From the NCBI GenBank assembly GCA_965217895.1, contig CBDCJV010000002.1, forward strand, positions 2,048,001 to 2,112,000: 64,000 nucleotides of DNA, written 5' to 3'. A program made the translations under genes and the position numbers. Below, piece by piece: positions 1-11,100 of this stretch. Numbering within the stretch: the stretch's first letter is position 1; the number at the start of each line of letters is the position of its first letter. Source of the stretch: Waterburya sp. (lineage in GTDB: Bacteria > Cyanobacteriota > Cyanobacteriia > Cyanobacteriales > Xenococcaceae). The notes under the pieces are model-generated. The model was not told where the DNA came from, ran no database searches, and saw nothing but the letters and a program-made list of their open reading frames with translations.

Positions 1-605
1 GTAAGCACAGAGCGATCGCCCGCAAAGGCATCAGCTTGTTTGGTTTCAATTAGCCGTAATGCTTTTTGATAAGACTCTACACCAATTAAAGTGGCATTAG
101 GTAGTTTATTTCTGACTACGGCAATAGTTGCCGAATTTTCTAGTACAGCTATCCTGCTATTATTCAAACCATTAATATTTTTAATTTCAGTGTTTTTGGT
201 AATGAGACCTGTGCCATCGAGATAATAATAAGGGCTAAAATCGACTATTCTACTACGGGAAGAAGTAACGGCGACTCTAGCGATCGCCATATCTACTCGA
301 TTGTTGAGAACTACTTGCAAACGTTCTTTATTAGTTACAGGTAAAAACTCTATCGCTTCAGCGTCACCGAGTAATTCTTCGGCTAATTTATGAGCAATAT
401 CAATTTCTAGCCCAACTAAATTCCCCTTTTTATTGATAAAGCCCAAAGGACGCAAATTATCTTTGACAGCGATTTTCAATTCTCCTCTTGAGGCAATTTC
501 TGACCATTCCTCTGCAAGTATTAGTTGCGGGTTAGTTGTTAGAAAAGCGATCGCCAAGCTAGTCGAAGATATTGCCGTAACCAGACTTAAAAGCCGTTGT
601 TTCAT
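1..605 (-). CDS. ABC transporter amino-acid-type substrate-binding protein (SBP family 3); runs off the window
   Basis: Not in the ORF track. Manual translation from ATG at 605: MKQRLLSLVTAISSTSLAIAFL...RGELKIAVKDNLRPLGF...GLEIDIAHKLAEELLGD...VDFSPYYYLDGTGLI. Confidence 0.85.
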   Translation of the reverse strand, partial: MKQRLLSLVTAISSTSLAIAFLTTNPQLILAEEWSEIASRGELKIAVKDNLRPLGFINKKGNLVGLEIDIAHKLAEELLGDAEAIEFLPVTNKERLQVVLNNRVDMAIARVAVTSSRSRIVDFSPYYYLDGTGLITKNTEIKNINGLNNSRIAVLENSATIAVVRNKLPNATLIGVESYQKALRLIETKQADAFAGDRSVL

Positions 606-958
606 TCTGCTATTGCATTTGTTTGCTGAAGCAAATCTAACACTCGATGGTAATTTTGTTGAACAACTCAAGTTTCAATTTCTCAATCCAGTAAAATTAA
701 AAACTATTAGAAGGAATGATGAAAGTTTTTTGTACGTCAAATAATAAGCTAATTAGGAGGCTTGACTACTTCTCCTTTTATCCCTTTTATATTTTTAATA
801 TCTTTGACGATTTCTAATGTTGAACGCCAACCTACTGGTAACAGCAGCCAATTGGACAGACAAATAAAAATAGAAAATTGAGATAGGATTTTTAAAGATG
901 CGATCGCTAACCTAACTTGAAAAGTATTTAATGTGAATTCCTACATTTACTAATGTTT

Positions 959-2002
959 TTAATTTTTAAATAGGAATTTTAGGTGATTTTGTTCTTGCTC
1001 AGAAAAAATAGATGCCAAACGACGCGGAATACTCTCAGAAATTTTCGAGATCATAAATGTCCAAAATTCCCAGTCAAAATCGATTGTCGCTAAACAGTTT
1101 CTTAAGTCACCTTTTTTTAGAGGTTCAACAAAACGATAGTATTTCAACCATCGGCGCGTTTGTCGGTCTTTTTCTTGAATGGCAGCTAAAACATCGGGAT
1201 TATTTTGCAGATAATCTTGATAAAGAAAGAAGTTGGCGATCGCTCTACATTCATCTTCTAAACGTCGTATTTTATCAGTGTAGATACCAGAATTTTGCCG
1301 AGAACGATAATAATAGTAAGGCTCAGGAACTAAACAATATTTAGCTCCATGGGCAAAACATTCCATATCAAACCAAAAATCTTGAGTAACTTTGAGGGTT
1401 TCATCATATTGAATGTGATGATTTACCAGAAAATCCCTGTTAAATAGAGGTTTAGTAAATCCAAGATGTAAACCTTCTTTGCCTGGAATGTCAGAGTTAA
1501 CAAAATTAGCTGCGTCTATTTTCTGAATTGAATTTATTGACTCTTGATGTTTACCGATCAAAGTCCCCCAGGGAACAGTTGTCCCATCATCAATCAAATA
1601 TAGATCATCAGCAACTAAATCAGCATTTTCCTCGGTTGCTACTTTGACTAATCTTTCTAGTCTATTAGGATCATACCAATCATCAGCATCTAGAACAGCT
1701 ATCCACTTACCCTGAGCTTCTCTTAAAGCTCGGTTGCGCGTTCCTCCAACACCGAGATTTTGCTGATTAATAAACAATTTCAAACGAGCGTCGTCAATTT
1801 GCCGAATAGTTTCTAGACTATTATCCTGAGAAACATCATCGACGACAATAACCTCAATTTCTTGTAGGGTTTGATCGAGAGCAGATTTAATTGCTTTATA
1901 TATGTACTTAGCTGTATTATAGGAGGGGATAATGACCGAAACAATTACCGACTGATCTTGAAAAACATCTGATTCTTGAAAATTTTCCTGACAAGCAGAC
2001 AT
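959..2002 (-). CDS. Glycosyltransferase family 2
   Basis: VSVIIPSYN, VVDDVSQD, GKWIAVLDADD (DxD) motifs. Confidence 0.9.
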   Translation of the reverse strand: MSACQENFQESDVFQDQSVIVSVIIPSYNTAKYIYKAIKSALDQTLQEIEVIVVDDVSQDNSLETIRQIDDARLKLFINQQNLGVGGTRNRALREAQGKWIAVLDADDWYDPNRLERLVKVATEENADLVADDLYLIDDGTTVPWGTLIGKHQESINSIQKIDAANFVNSDIPGKEGLHLGFTKPLFNRDFLVNHHIQYDETLKVTQDFWFDMECFAHGAKYCLVPEPYYYYRSRQNSGIYTDKIRRLEDECRAIANFFLYQDYLQNNPDVLAAIQEKDRQTRRWLKYYRFVEPLKKGDLRNCLATIDFDWEFWTFMISKISESIPRRLASIFSEQEQNHLKFLFKN

Positions 2003-2263
2003 AGCACTCTACGTTTTTGCTAAATTACTAATTTATTTTTATTAGATTCCATTTTTGTTGTTGCTAGAGTCTATAAACATCACTCTGGCAATTCTCACAA
2101 ATTAACTCTTGTTGATTATGAGATCTTTGCAGAGGTTTGTATCGGCTGATGCTATCTCTCCAGTGATTACAGAACTTATTTTGAGTTAAATTGAGATATT
2201 GTAAGTATAATACTTTTTGTTTTTATAATACCAATTTGAATGATCAATAGTGCTAGTAATTTT

Positions 2264-2944
2264 TTAATTTAGTTTATGTTTATATTCAATGCGAAAGCGT
2301 CTGACTGGTTTAGATCCCTGGTCTAGATAATCTTCAAATCTAATTTGTTCCAAGCCGAGTTGTTCACAATAAGCCAATTCTTCTTTCGTAAGCGGAAAAG
2401 GTAAGCTTGTAGCTGGCTCATTTATATCTCTTCCACGGCAGATGATTAACAACCTTCCTTGAGGAGCAAGAAGTTTGCTAATCGACTCAATTCCTTGAGG
2501 TCTAACGTTAGCAGGTAAAGCTTGAAGGGTATAAGACTCTAAAATAAAATCAAAGTCGCGATTGTTAATTACGGTAGGATTTAACAGATCATCGATGACG
2601 TAGTTAACCTGTGAATCGGGAAAACGCTTTTGACACCAGGCGATCGCAGTTGATGAAATATCAAATCCTACAACTTTAAAACCCGTATTTGCCAAAGCTT
2701 CTGCATCATCTCCTAAACCACAGCCAACCACTAAGGCAGTTTTTCCTTGTCCTGTAATTTTTTGTTTTTTGAGCCAACTGGCTAAGTTAGGGTTAACAGT
2801 CAAATTTGCCCAAGGAATAGCTGATTCATTTCCTTGAGCGGTATTATATAGCTCTTCAAACCATCCTGTTGGATCGTTACGAGCATAAGACTGTTGCGCA
2901 AGCTTTTCAACTTTACTTATATTTGCTTCTGTCATCATCCTCAC
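2264..2944 (-). CDS. Class I SAM-dependent methyltransferase (TPMT-like)
   Basis: ALVVGCGLGDDA SAM motif I; GFDIS. Confidence 0.85.
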   Translation of the reverse strand: MRMMTEANISKVEKLAQQSYARNDPTGWFEELYNTAQGNESAIPWANLTVNPNLASWLKKQKITGQGKTALVVGCGLGDDAEALANTGFKVVGFDISSTAIAWCQKRFPDSQVNYVIDDLLNPTVINNRDFDFILESYTLQALPANVRPQGIESISKLLAPQGRLLIICRGRDINEPATSLPFPLTKEELAYCEQLGLEQIRFEDYLDQGSKPVRRFRIEYKHKLN

Positions 2945-2966
2945 AATGCTTTAATTGTTCATTGAT

Positions 2967-3773
2967 TTAAGTTTCCGAATCTGAGGTAGGAGGTTGGGCA
3001 AATGAGGGCGACAGAAAGGCGACAACTGCCCCTAAAGCAAAACCAATTATGTTGCGGAACAATGGTAGAAATTCGGGTGTACGAGTCACAACAGGACCCA
3101 TGCCAAAGGCAATAAAAAGAATTCCCCACAGAGGCGACATAATCAGACCCCACTGCCAAGCAATAAACTGTTTTTCTGTGCGAGGTATGACAGCAACCCC
3201 CAAAATTACTCCTCCAACAATCGAGCTAATCAAGGTCAAGATCCATAGCTCTTGAGATAGTCCAGGTACACTATTACAGCCTTGGTTAATTAAACAACCT
3301 TTTACTGATTCCAATGCCTCAACTATGGCGTTGTTTTCCCCGTGTTCGCGGATATAGTACATATTGCCAAAGCGAGTTTGCAGTTCTATCCAGAAGTTAC
3401 GGGGTAATAATTCATAAACATCATCACCAATACTAAAAGCTAACAGGTTTCCACCTCTGCCGTCTGCTACCAGTAAAATGCTTTTATCATCTAGACCCCA
3501 GAATTTCTTAACCGCACGACCAGGAGAGCGATCGTATTGAGTCAAGACTCTCATCTTCCAGCCCGTCTCTGCTTCAAAATTCTCTAGGTTTTTAATCAAA
3601 GATTCTTCTTGCAGCGTAGGTAAGAAGTTGGCTAAATCAACCACAGGGGTTTCTATATCGGGTAGTAATTCTGGATTATTAACCGCCAAGGCAGCAGGAG
3701 TAAAGCAAGTAGTTAAAATCAATAAGCAAGCCCCAACGGTAATTAGGAAACGCTGTATAAATTTATTTACCAT
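2967..3773 (-). CDS. TPM-domain membrane/thylakoid-lumen protein
   Basis: Signal peptide, PVVDLANFL...FEAETGWKMRVLT TPM-like segment, C-terminal TM helices. Confidence 0.75.
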   Translation of the reverse strand: MVNKFIQRFLITVGACLLILTTCFTPAALAVNNPELLPDIETPVVDLANFLPTLQEESLIKNLENFEAETGWKMRVLTQYDRSPGRAVKKFWGLDDKSILLVADGRGGNLLAFSIGDDVYELLPRNFWIELQTRFGNMYYIREHGENNAIVEALESVKGCLINQGCNSVPGLSQELWILTLISSIVGGVILGVAVIPRTEKQFIAWQWGLIMSPLWGILFIAFGMGPVVTRTPEFLPLFRNIIGFALGAVVAFLSPSFAQPPTSDSET

Positions 3774-3846
3774 AGTCTTTATAGTCTTTTTATTTAAAAA
3801 TTTTTATGTACACAACTTTGATTTTATTAAAATCGTGCTTATTTTT

Positions 3847-3864
3847 GTTACATTTATTTACTTT
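3847..3864. promoter_or_regulatory. Possible HLR1 (RpaB-binding) direct repeat upstream of the TPM gene
   Basis: GTTACATT-TA-TTTACTTT; one mismatch to (G/T)TTACA(T/A)(T/A)-N2 repeat. Confidence 0.45.
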
Positions 3865-3938
3865 AACTTAAGATTATCAGTAATTAGTAGCACTGAAAAC
3901 TTTCTCTTCTAGAAAAACAGCAAATATTATTCTGGCAT

Positions 3939-4367
3939 TTAAGATTTAGGTTCTTTATATTGTTTGGAGCTGTTAGCAGAATTTGGCAGAATATTGTTAC
4001 GATTGGGATTTTGCCATACTTTCCAGGCAGTTTTGACCCCTGCTACCAGACCGCGACTATTTTTCTGAACCTGCTGCACCTGTTGCTTGGCTTTAACTAA
4101 ACCTTGGTCTACTTGTTTGACTACTCCTGTGGCACTATTAACTCCCTGATTTATTTCGTCAGTTAATTCTCCTACTTCTCTTCCTGTCAAGCGGATAGCT
4201 TCAAGAGTTGGCGGAAATTCACGATTGAGAGTATCAAACAATTTTTCGGCAGTGCGAGCAGCTTTTGCTACTTCTTGCAGAGTCGGAATGGTCACAAGCA
4301 AGACGGCAAACAAACTAAAAGAGACTAAAAATAGAGATAGTCCTAGCCAAAATAACGGGTCTATCAT
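3939..4367 (-). CDS. DUF948-like membrane-anchored protein
   Basis: N-terminal TM helix, ARTAEKLFDTLNREFPPTLEAIRLTG; paired with a YtxH gene. Confidence 0.75.
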   Translation of the reverse strand: MIDPLFWLGLSLFLVSFSLFAVLLVTIPTLQEVAKAARTAEKLFDTLNREFPPTLEAIRLTGREVGELTDEINQGVNSATGVVKQVDQGLVKAKQQVQQVQKNSRGLVAGVKTAWKVWQNPNRNNILPNSANSSKQYKEPKS

Positions 4368-4401
4368 AAAAAAATAAGCGTTTTTTTCGCACCTTCTAAT
4401 T

Positions 4402-4746
4402 TTAGAAGCGATCGGTAATAGACGAATTTAAATCTTTTTGAGGATTTGATTGAGCAGCACGATTAGTTTCTCGACTAGTTTCAATACCAGCAGCGATCGC
4501 TTTACGCAATCTACTCAGTGTACCTTCCCAATTTTCTAAAGTAGATGCAGACAAACGATCTGCCTGCATCTGAAGACTAGTGGCTAAATCTTCAGTTATC
4601 TCTGGCAGTGCATCAGCAGACTTTTTGATTACTTTTCGAGTATCTTTTCCTGTGCGAGGAGCAATTAACAATCCCAATGCTGTCCCTACTGCGCTACCAA
4701 TAATTAGTCCACCAATAAATACTCCTGTTGATTTTGGTTTAGACAT
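4402..4746 (-). CDS. YtxH-domain protein
   Basis: FIGGLIIGSAVGTALGLLIAPRTGKDTR signature. Confidence 0.85.
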   Translation of the reverse strand: MSKPKSTGVFIGGLIIGSAVGTALGLLIAPRTGKDTRKVIKKSADALPEITEDLATSLQMQADRLSASTLENWEGTLSRLRKAIAAGIETSRETNRAAQSNPQKDLNSSITDRF

Positions 4747-4913
4747 AGCTCTATCTACTCTTCTCTATTTTGTTTAGTTTAAGCTTATCAACAGAACAGT
4801 TTTTTGAAGCATGATGAAGGAGTAAGAAAGATTGCTATTATCTAATCGCTCATCTAAAAACTATTGATAAACAAAGCTTATATATGTGATGATTAATAAC
4901 AATGTAATATTCC

Positions 4914-4942
4914 TTGATATTTCTTAAACATTTAGCTACTAT
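4914..4942 (+). promoter_or_regulatory. Putative sigma70-type promoter of psbA
   Basis: TTGATA (4914-4919), 17 bp spacer, TACTAT (4937-4942), about 100 bp upstream of the ATG. Confidence 0.55.
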
Positions 4943-5038
4943 GTTTATATAGGCAAAAAAGCAAATTATTAATTTATCTAGCTTTCAGTCTCGTTCTTAA
5001 CAGAACCTTGAAAAACAAATAAAGCAATTATCTAACAC

Positions 5039-6121
5039 ATGACAACTACCTTACAACAACGCGAAACACGCGGAGCTTGGGAGAACTTCTGTCAGTGGAT
5101 CACCAGCACCAACAACCGCATCTATGTCGGTTGGTTTGGAGTCCTAATGATCCCGACACTCCTAGCAGCAACAACCTGTTTCCTAATCGCCTTCGTCGCA
5201 GCACCCCCTGTAGACATCGACGGCATCCGTGAACCTGTAGCAGGTTCGCTACTATACGGAAACAACATCATCTCAGGTGCAGTAGTACCTAGCTCCAATG
5301 CAATTGGTCTTCACTTCTACCCAATTTGGGAAGCAGCATCACTTGACGAATGGTTATATAACGGTGGACCATACCAACTGATAATCTTTCACTTCCTGAT
5401 CGGCGTATTCTCATACCTGGGTCGTCAGTGGGAACTATCATTCAGATTAGGAATGCGTCCTTGGATATGTGTAGCCTACTCAGCACCAGTATCAGCAGCC
5501 ACAGCAGTATTTCTAATCTATCCCCTAGGACAAGGTTCATTCTCTGATGGTATGCCGCTGGGTATCTCTGGAACATTCAACTTCATGTTAGTCTTCCAAG
5601 CAGAACACAACATCCTGATGCACCCGTTCCACATGTTAGGAGTAGCAGGAGTATTCGGTGGAGCATTATTCTCTGCCATGCACGGTTCGTTGGTAACATC
5701 ATCCTTGGTACGTGAAACAACCGAAAGCGAATCACAAAACTACGGCTACAAATTCGGACAAGAAGAAGAAACATACAACATCGTCGCAGCCCACGGCTAC
5801 TTCGGTCGTCTAATCTTCCAGTACGCAAGTTTCAACAACTCACGTGCCTTGCACTTCTTCTTAGGAGCATGGCCAGTAATCGGCATCTGGTTCACAGCAA
5901 TGGGAATATCCACCATGGCGTTCAACCTGAATGGATTTAACTTCAACCAGTCGGTAATGGATTCACAAGGTCGTGTAGTCAACACATGGGCAGACATCTT
6001 GAACCGAGCCAACCTAGGTTTTGAGGTCATGCACGAACGTAACGCTCACAACTTCCCGCTTGACTTAGCCAGTGGCGATATTGCTCCTGTAGCACTAACT
6101 GCTCCTGCTATCAACGGTTAA
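5039..6121 (+). CDS. psbA: Photosystem II reaction centre D1 protein, standard form with Gln130
   Basis: 360 aa D1 sequence; RQWELS (Q130); G80, F158 and T286 are standard; [15 protein letters not shown]-terminus. Confidence 0.99.
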   Translation: MTTTLQQRETRGAWENFCQWITSTNNRIYVGWFGVLMIPTLLAATTCFLIAFVAAPPVDIDGIREPVAGSLLYGNNIISGAVVPSSNAIGLHFYPIWEAASLDEWLYNGGPYQLIIFHFLIGVFSYLGRQWELSFRLGMRPWICVAYSAPVSAATAVFLIYPLGQGSFSDGMPLGISGTFNFMLVFQAEHNILMHPFHMLGVAGVFGGALFSAMHGSLVTSSLVRETTESESQNYGYKFGQEEETYNIVAAHGYFGRLIFQYASFNNSRALHFFLGAWPVIGIWFTAMGISTMAFNLNGFNFNQSVMDSQGRVVNTWADILNRANLGFEVMHERNAHNFPLDLASGDIAPVALTAPAING

Positions 6122-6168
6122 ATTGACCCTGATTACAGTTCTGTAATTGATTAATTGAAAAACAGTTT

Positions 6169-6206
6169 AAAAAGCGCTCTCCAGCGATGGAGAGCGCTTT
6201 TTTTTT
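6169..6206 (+). terminator. Rho-independent terminator of psbA
   Basis: AAAGCGCTCTCCA-GCGA-TGGAGAGCGCTTT followed by a T tract. Confidence 0.9.
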
Positions 6207-6260
6207 GGCTAAACTCTCGAAAAGGCGATCGCTAAAATTAGATTGGTTACCACTGCACGC

Positions 6261-6530
6261 TCATATTAGAAAAGATCCCGATGCGTCGATTGCACATGGT
6301 CGGGAAACCCGACTGTGCCTCGACCTCATATTGCGTCTTGGTTTGGCAAAAAACTGAATACCAAACCAAAATTCTTCAAGTAGTTTTTTGGCAAGAGGTT
6401 GAGATACATATCCACGGTCGGGATAGAAATGTTTGAAATTGCGAGTCAGCGCGTTGCGGGTCTGTGACCCGTTGTAGCGACTAACGAGGGTACGATAATG
6501 ATAAGAGTGAAATGCAACTAAAATTGTCAT
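6261..6530 (-). pseudogene. IS982-family transposase remnant, internally deleted, with a small repeat inserted
   Basis: MTILVAFH..HYR/NFKHFY N-terminal motif joined directly to DRGYVSQ..LLEEF..FFAKPRRNM. Confidence 0.7.
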
Positions 6531-6610
6531 GATTTCGCGATTGCCTTTTCATTAGCAACCTCGCCAAACTATTCAGCCCTATAATAAATCCATAATTAAC
6601 AACTAAAACA

Positions 6611-7183
6611 ATGCAAGTTCCTACCAAAGCCTATTATTCTCCAGAAGAATATTTAGAACTAGAAACTGCTGCCGAATACAGAAGCGAATATCTTAATGGT
6701 CAAATTATACCAATGGCAGGCGGAAAACCCAATCACAATCAACTGATAATCAATTTGACTAGTGCAATTAACTACAAAATACGCAAGAAATTATATCGAG
6801 TTTTCATGAGCGATCTGCGTTTATCAATTCCTAATTGTCGCCTATATACTTACCCCGACGTGATGGTAGCTGAGACTCCCTTGATATTTGCTGAAAATAG
6901 AGAGGATACTATTACAAATCCGATTTTAATTGCCGAAATTCTATCAGATTCTACGGAAAAATACGATAGAGGCGATAAATTCAGAATGTATCGCACCATT
7001 CCCAGTTTTAGAGAATATCTTCTGATCAGTCAGATAGCAATGCAGGTGGAGAAATTTGCTAAAAATGAGGTTAATCAATGGGTACTGTCGGAATATGCAG
7101 AAAAAGATGCCAAAATAAGCTTTGAATCCTTTGACTTTGAGATTAGCTTAGATGAACTCTACGATCGCGTTGATTTTGCTTAA
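6611..7183 (+). CDS. Uma2 (DUF820) family putative endonuclease
   Basis: YSPEEYLELE..RSEYLNGQIIPMAGG, YPDVMV, IAEILSDSTEKYDRGDKF. Confidence 0.92.
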   Translation: MQVPTKAYYSPEEYLELETAAEYRSEYLNGQIIPMAGGKPNHNQLIINLTSAINYKIRKKLYRVFMSDLRLSIPNCRLYTYPDVMVAETPLIFAENREDTITNPILIAEILSDSTEKYDRGDKFRMYRTIPSFREYLLISQIAMQVEKFAKNEVNQWVLSEYAEKDAKISFESFDFEISLDELYDRVDFA

Positions 7184-7298
7184 AAGACTCATAATAGAAG
7201 ATAAAATATTGAACATTAGTTAAAAATATAATGCGATCGCGCTTTTAACAAACTGAGTATTATTGAGGTTATATGCTGCATCTAATCTAGAAAAAATC

Positions 7299-7432
7299 AT
7301 AGCTAAATTTAGCAGAACCTGGTGGGGTCAAGTTTTTATTGAAGCGTTAGAGTCTTTTACTGATGCTGGTAGATTGGAACGGGGACGTTCCTACGCCAAC
7401 GGCAACAAAGTAAAAAGCTTTGACATTAATGG
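7299..7432 (+). pseudogene. 5' fragment of a SWIM zinc-finger family gene
   Basis: AKFSRTWWGQVFIEALESFTDAGRLERGRSYA; presumed start codon reads ATA; truncated at the junction with the tnsA fragment. Confidence 0.6.
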
Positions 7433-7439
7433 AAGAACT

Positions 7440-7567
7440 ATACCTCTAGAAGGGAAATCTTGAATAGTTATCCAAGGCTTGTAGTCTTTTCCTCTACCTT
7501 TACCTCTTTCTTCTTTTATATATGGCTCAAACTTAGCTTGAGTCCAATCGTATATGCTTCTTACCAT
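7440..7567 (-). pseudogene. tnsA: 5' fragment of a second tnsA (older Tn7-like element)
   Basis: MVRSIYDWTQAKFEPYIKEERGKGRGKDYKPWITIQDFPSRG aligns with the N-terminus of the TnsA at 32255..33055 (DWTKTKFERFVKEGRGKGSGKNYKPWITIQDFPSQG). Confidence 0.85.
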
Positions 7568-7641
7568 AAAAAAACTGTACAATACAGGATTACTATTAGT
7601 GTACAGCTTTAGTTACCAACTTTATGGTTATTCTACAAAAA

Positions 7642-7727
7642 TGTAAAATCATAATTCGGTTGAACAATTTTAATTTACATAAAGCTATTAAAATCGTTAG
7701 CTTAATAATAATTTGAGCGAACAATTT
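7642..7727 (+). repeat. Tn7 left end with two putative TnsB-binding sites
   Basis: TAATTCGGTTGAACAATT (7652-7669) and TAATTTGAGCGAACAATT (7709-7726); consensus TAATTYG-N5-ACAATT shared with the right end. Confidence 0.8.
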
Positions 7728-8110
7728 ACTTTTTAAGAATTAAACCATGTTAATTGTGACCTCAAAGCTGTAATAACACGAGGGGACAATTTTTATGACG
7801 CTTGCTACGAAAGACTTTTGCATATCAAGTGCGGATGATTCGTTTTTTGCTTCAGTATACTATTTTCAAAAAAAGTATGGCGATTGCCTGTTTTTCGTTT
7901 CACCAAAACTGTGCAAGACCCTAATTAATTCATCACCATACCAGCTATATTTTTGGGGACTCCATTCTTCTTCAAGTCGTTTGGACAAGCTGCTTGAGAA
8001 GCAGCGTCCCCCGACTTCTATCTCTGCGTTGAAATCTGGTTTGAAATTAATCTAAGTAGACAAAAGAGCGTGTTGATCTGCTCGGTTTTTGTCCTGTACT
8101 TAGAACTAAT

Positions 8111-8131
8111 TCAACTTTTTGCCACACTGCC
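8111..8131 (-). repeat. Possible solo IS6-family terminal inverted repeat
   Basis: Minus strand GGCAGTGTGGCAAAAAGTTGA resembles IS6-type ends (GGCWCTGTTGCAAA); no transposase seen. Confidence 0.3.
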
Positions 8132-8175
8132 GTACTCATCGTTATGGTAGATTTACTTAAAAAATAAATATAAAA

Positions 8176-11100
8176 ATGCCTAATATAAATCGTCAATCTA
8201 AAACTAAAGCCACTCTTTCAGCGATCGCGGTTGTGGGGATGAGTTGTCAATATCCAGGGGCCAAAGACATTAGGCAACTTTGGTCGAATATCTTGGCAAA
8301 ACGACAGCAATTTCGACAAATTCCCGATGTACGCCTACCAATAGCTGAATATTACGATCGCGATCGCTCTGTCCCCGATAAGACTTATGGCGATCGCGCT
8401 GCGGTAATTGATGGTTTTGAGTTTGATTGGATTGGGCGACGCATTCCTCAGCAAACAGTACAGACTACAGATATCGTACATTGGCTGGCGTTGGAAACTG
8501 CCAATGAAGCTTTAAAAGATGCAGGCTTTAATCGCCAAAATGTGAATACAGCCAAAACGGGGGTAATTTTAGGCAACACCTTAACTGGAGAGCAAACTCG
8601 TGCCAGTACCTTACGTTTGCGCTGGCCTTACGTCAGACGAGCTTTAATCGCATCTGCCCAAGCTAGAAAAATGAGCGATCGAGTAATTGAAGCTTTGGTT
8701 GAAACAATGGAGCAGTTTTATAAATCTGTTTTTGCTCCCGTCAACGAAGATTCTTTGGCAGGAGGACTTTCTAACACTATTGCTGGTAGGATTTGCAACT
8801 TTTTCAATTTTGATGGTGGAGGATACACGGTTGATGGGGCTTGTGCTTCTTCCTTAATTGCTACAGCTACAGCTTGCAGCAAATTAGTTAGTGGCGATCT
8901 AGATTTGGCTTTGGCGGGAGGAGTAGACGTTAGTTTAGATACCTTTGAGCTAATTGGTTTTGCTAAAACTGGAGCTTTGACTGCGGGCGATATGGCAGTT
9001 TACGATCGCCGTGCTAGTGGTTTTATTCCAGGAGAAGGCTGTGGTTTTGTCGTTCTCAAACGATTAGCAGACGCAAGAGCAGCAGGAGATTATGTTTATG
9101 GCGTAATTCGAGGCTGGGGCATTTCTTCTGACGGTAAAGGCGGAATCACTGCACCTTCTGGGATAGGACAAAGCAAAGCTATACTCAGAGCCTATGAAAA
9201 AGCAGGTTATCATCCATCAGAATTAGATTTCATTGAAGGACATGGTACGGGAACTCCTGTAGGCGATCGCGTAGAATTAGAAGGGATTGCTTTAGCCATT
9301 TCTCAAGGAGAAGCCCAGATTAAACTCCGCTCGGTAGGCATTACTTCATTCAAATCTTTAGTCGGACATACCAAAGCAGCAGCAGGGGTTGGTGGTTTGA
9401 TTAAAGCTGTTATGGCAGTCAACCAGAGAATAATTCCTCCTACTGCTGGCTGTGCTGAAGCAAATCCTTTATTTGCCACTACTGCCCAATCTATTTATCC
9501 TGTTTTAACGGGAAAAGTTTGTCAGCCAAATACGACTCTTCGGGCTGGAGTTTCGGCAATGGGTTTTGGGGGAATTAATTCTCACCTTACTTTAGAGTCG
9601 GGCGATCATGCAGCCGAGCATTTGAAAACCGATTTGTTTCCTAAAGCTTTGCTAGTTTCGGCTCAAGACAGCGAAGTATTTATTTTAAGTGCCATTTCTG
9701 TTGAGAAATTATTAGAGCGCATTGAAAGACTAATCGATCTGGCAAGGGGAATTAGTCTGGCAGAGATGGTAGATTTAGCTGCCCTGCTAACAAGGCAAAT
9801 AGATTCCCAGCAACAGGTAAGAGCAGCAATAATTGTGACGACACCCAAGCAGTTAGCTGAAATTCTCCAGAAAATCAAACAGATTTTAGCAGATTCGCCA
9901 CCAGCGAAAGGAGAACTGACAACATCTCCCACTCAAGATTTTTGGCTGGCAAATACAGTTAACCATTCTAAAGTAGCCTTTATCTTTCCAGGACAAGGTT
10001 CGCAAAGATTGAACATGGCGAGTACTTTAGTGGAGCGTTATGACTGGGCGCAGCAGTTAGTTAGACAAGCAGACAAATGGTTAGAGGAAGTTAGTTGTCA
10101 GCCAGTTAGCCCTTTAATCTATTGTTGTTTAGAACAAGCAGCAGACGAAAGCGAAATAACTAATTGGTTTAGGGATCTATCTCGTGCTGAAATTGCTTCT
10201 CCTGCTATTTGCTTGGTTTCTTTATTGTGGCTGCGCTATCTCCAAGAACTAGGAATTGAACCCGTGGCAGTCGGTGGACATAGCTTAGGCGAATTGACGG
10301 CTTTTTATCAAATAGGAGCTTTTGACGCTAAGACTTTAATTCAGTTTGCAGCAATTAGAGGTCGAGCTTTAGCCAATTCTGGCAAAGAAACAGGAGCTAT
10401 GGCTAGTCTGGGTTGCGATCGCGCCTTTGCTGACCAAATCATTCAACAGGCATCGGGCTATGTGGTTATTGCTAATTTAAATAGTCCCAGCCAAACGGTT
10501 GTTTCAGGGGAATCTGAGAGTATTGACTCAGTTGTAAAAATAGCGGTTGCTCGAGGAATTCAAGTTAAAAAATTGCCTGTAGCTAATGCTTTTCATTCTG
10601 AGATAGTCAGAGAAGCAGCTAAATATATTACAAATAATGCTGCAGTTCCCGCCAAGCTAGTAGACACTGCGACTCCTTTATTTTCCAGTATCGATGGCAA
10701 ACAAATTCAACCAGAAGTTAAATTAAGCCACCATTTTGGCAAACAGATAGTTTCTGCGGTAGATTTTGTAGCTTTAACAACAAATATTTACCAGCATTGC
10801 GATTTAATACTAGAGGTTGGTTCTGGTCGAGTTTTAGCTAACCTAATTAATACAACTATCAACTCTAAACAGCCCGTTGGCTTTTGTACTGAAGGCAAAC
10901 CGACAACAAGTAAAAATCTTAACTGCTTTTTAGGCAGATTATTCGTTGCCAATCAAGAAATAAACTGGCAAGCACTATATAAAAATCGTTTAGTACATTC
11001 TTTTATTCCACCGTCGGAAAAATTATTTATTGATAATCCTTGCGAACGTCCTTTTAAAGTACCTGAAACTTATTTATCTCAATTAACACCAATTTTGACT

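Noticed and set aside
433..744. Plus-strand ORF, and other short antisense or overlapping ORFs in the track (e.g. 5583-5828, 16239-16721, 36601-36996, 61044-61505)
   Set aside because: Shadow frames of well-supported genes; no independent evidence.
5039..6121. Atypical D1 (rogue, microaerobic or far-red)
   Set aside because: Standard G80, F158, T286, Y126 and F260 and an intact [13 protein letters not shown] ligand region indicate an ordinary D1.
6207..7300. Left end of the older Tn7 remnant
   Set aside because: No TGT-initiated sequence matching the 7637 end could be identified.
7795..8055. ORF inside the left end of the transposon
   Set aside because: No recognisable motifs on either strand; probably degraded sequence.
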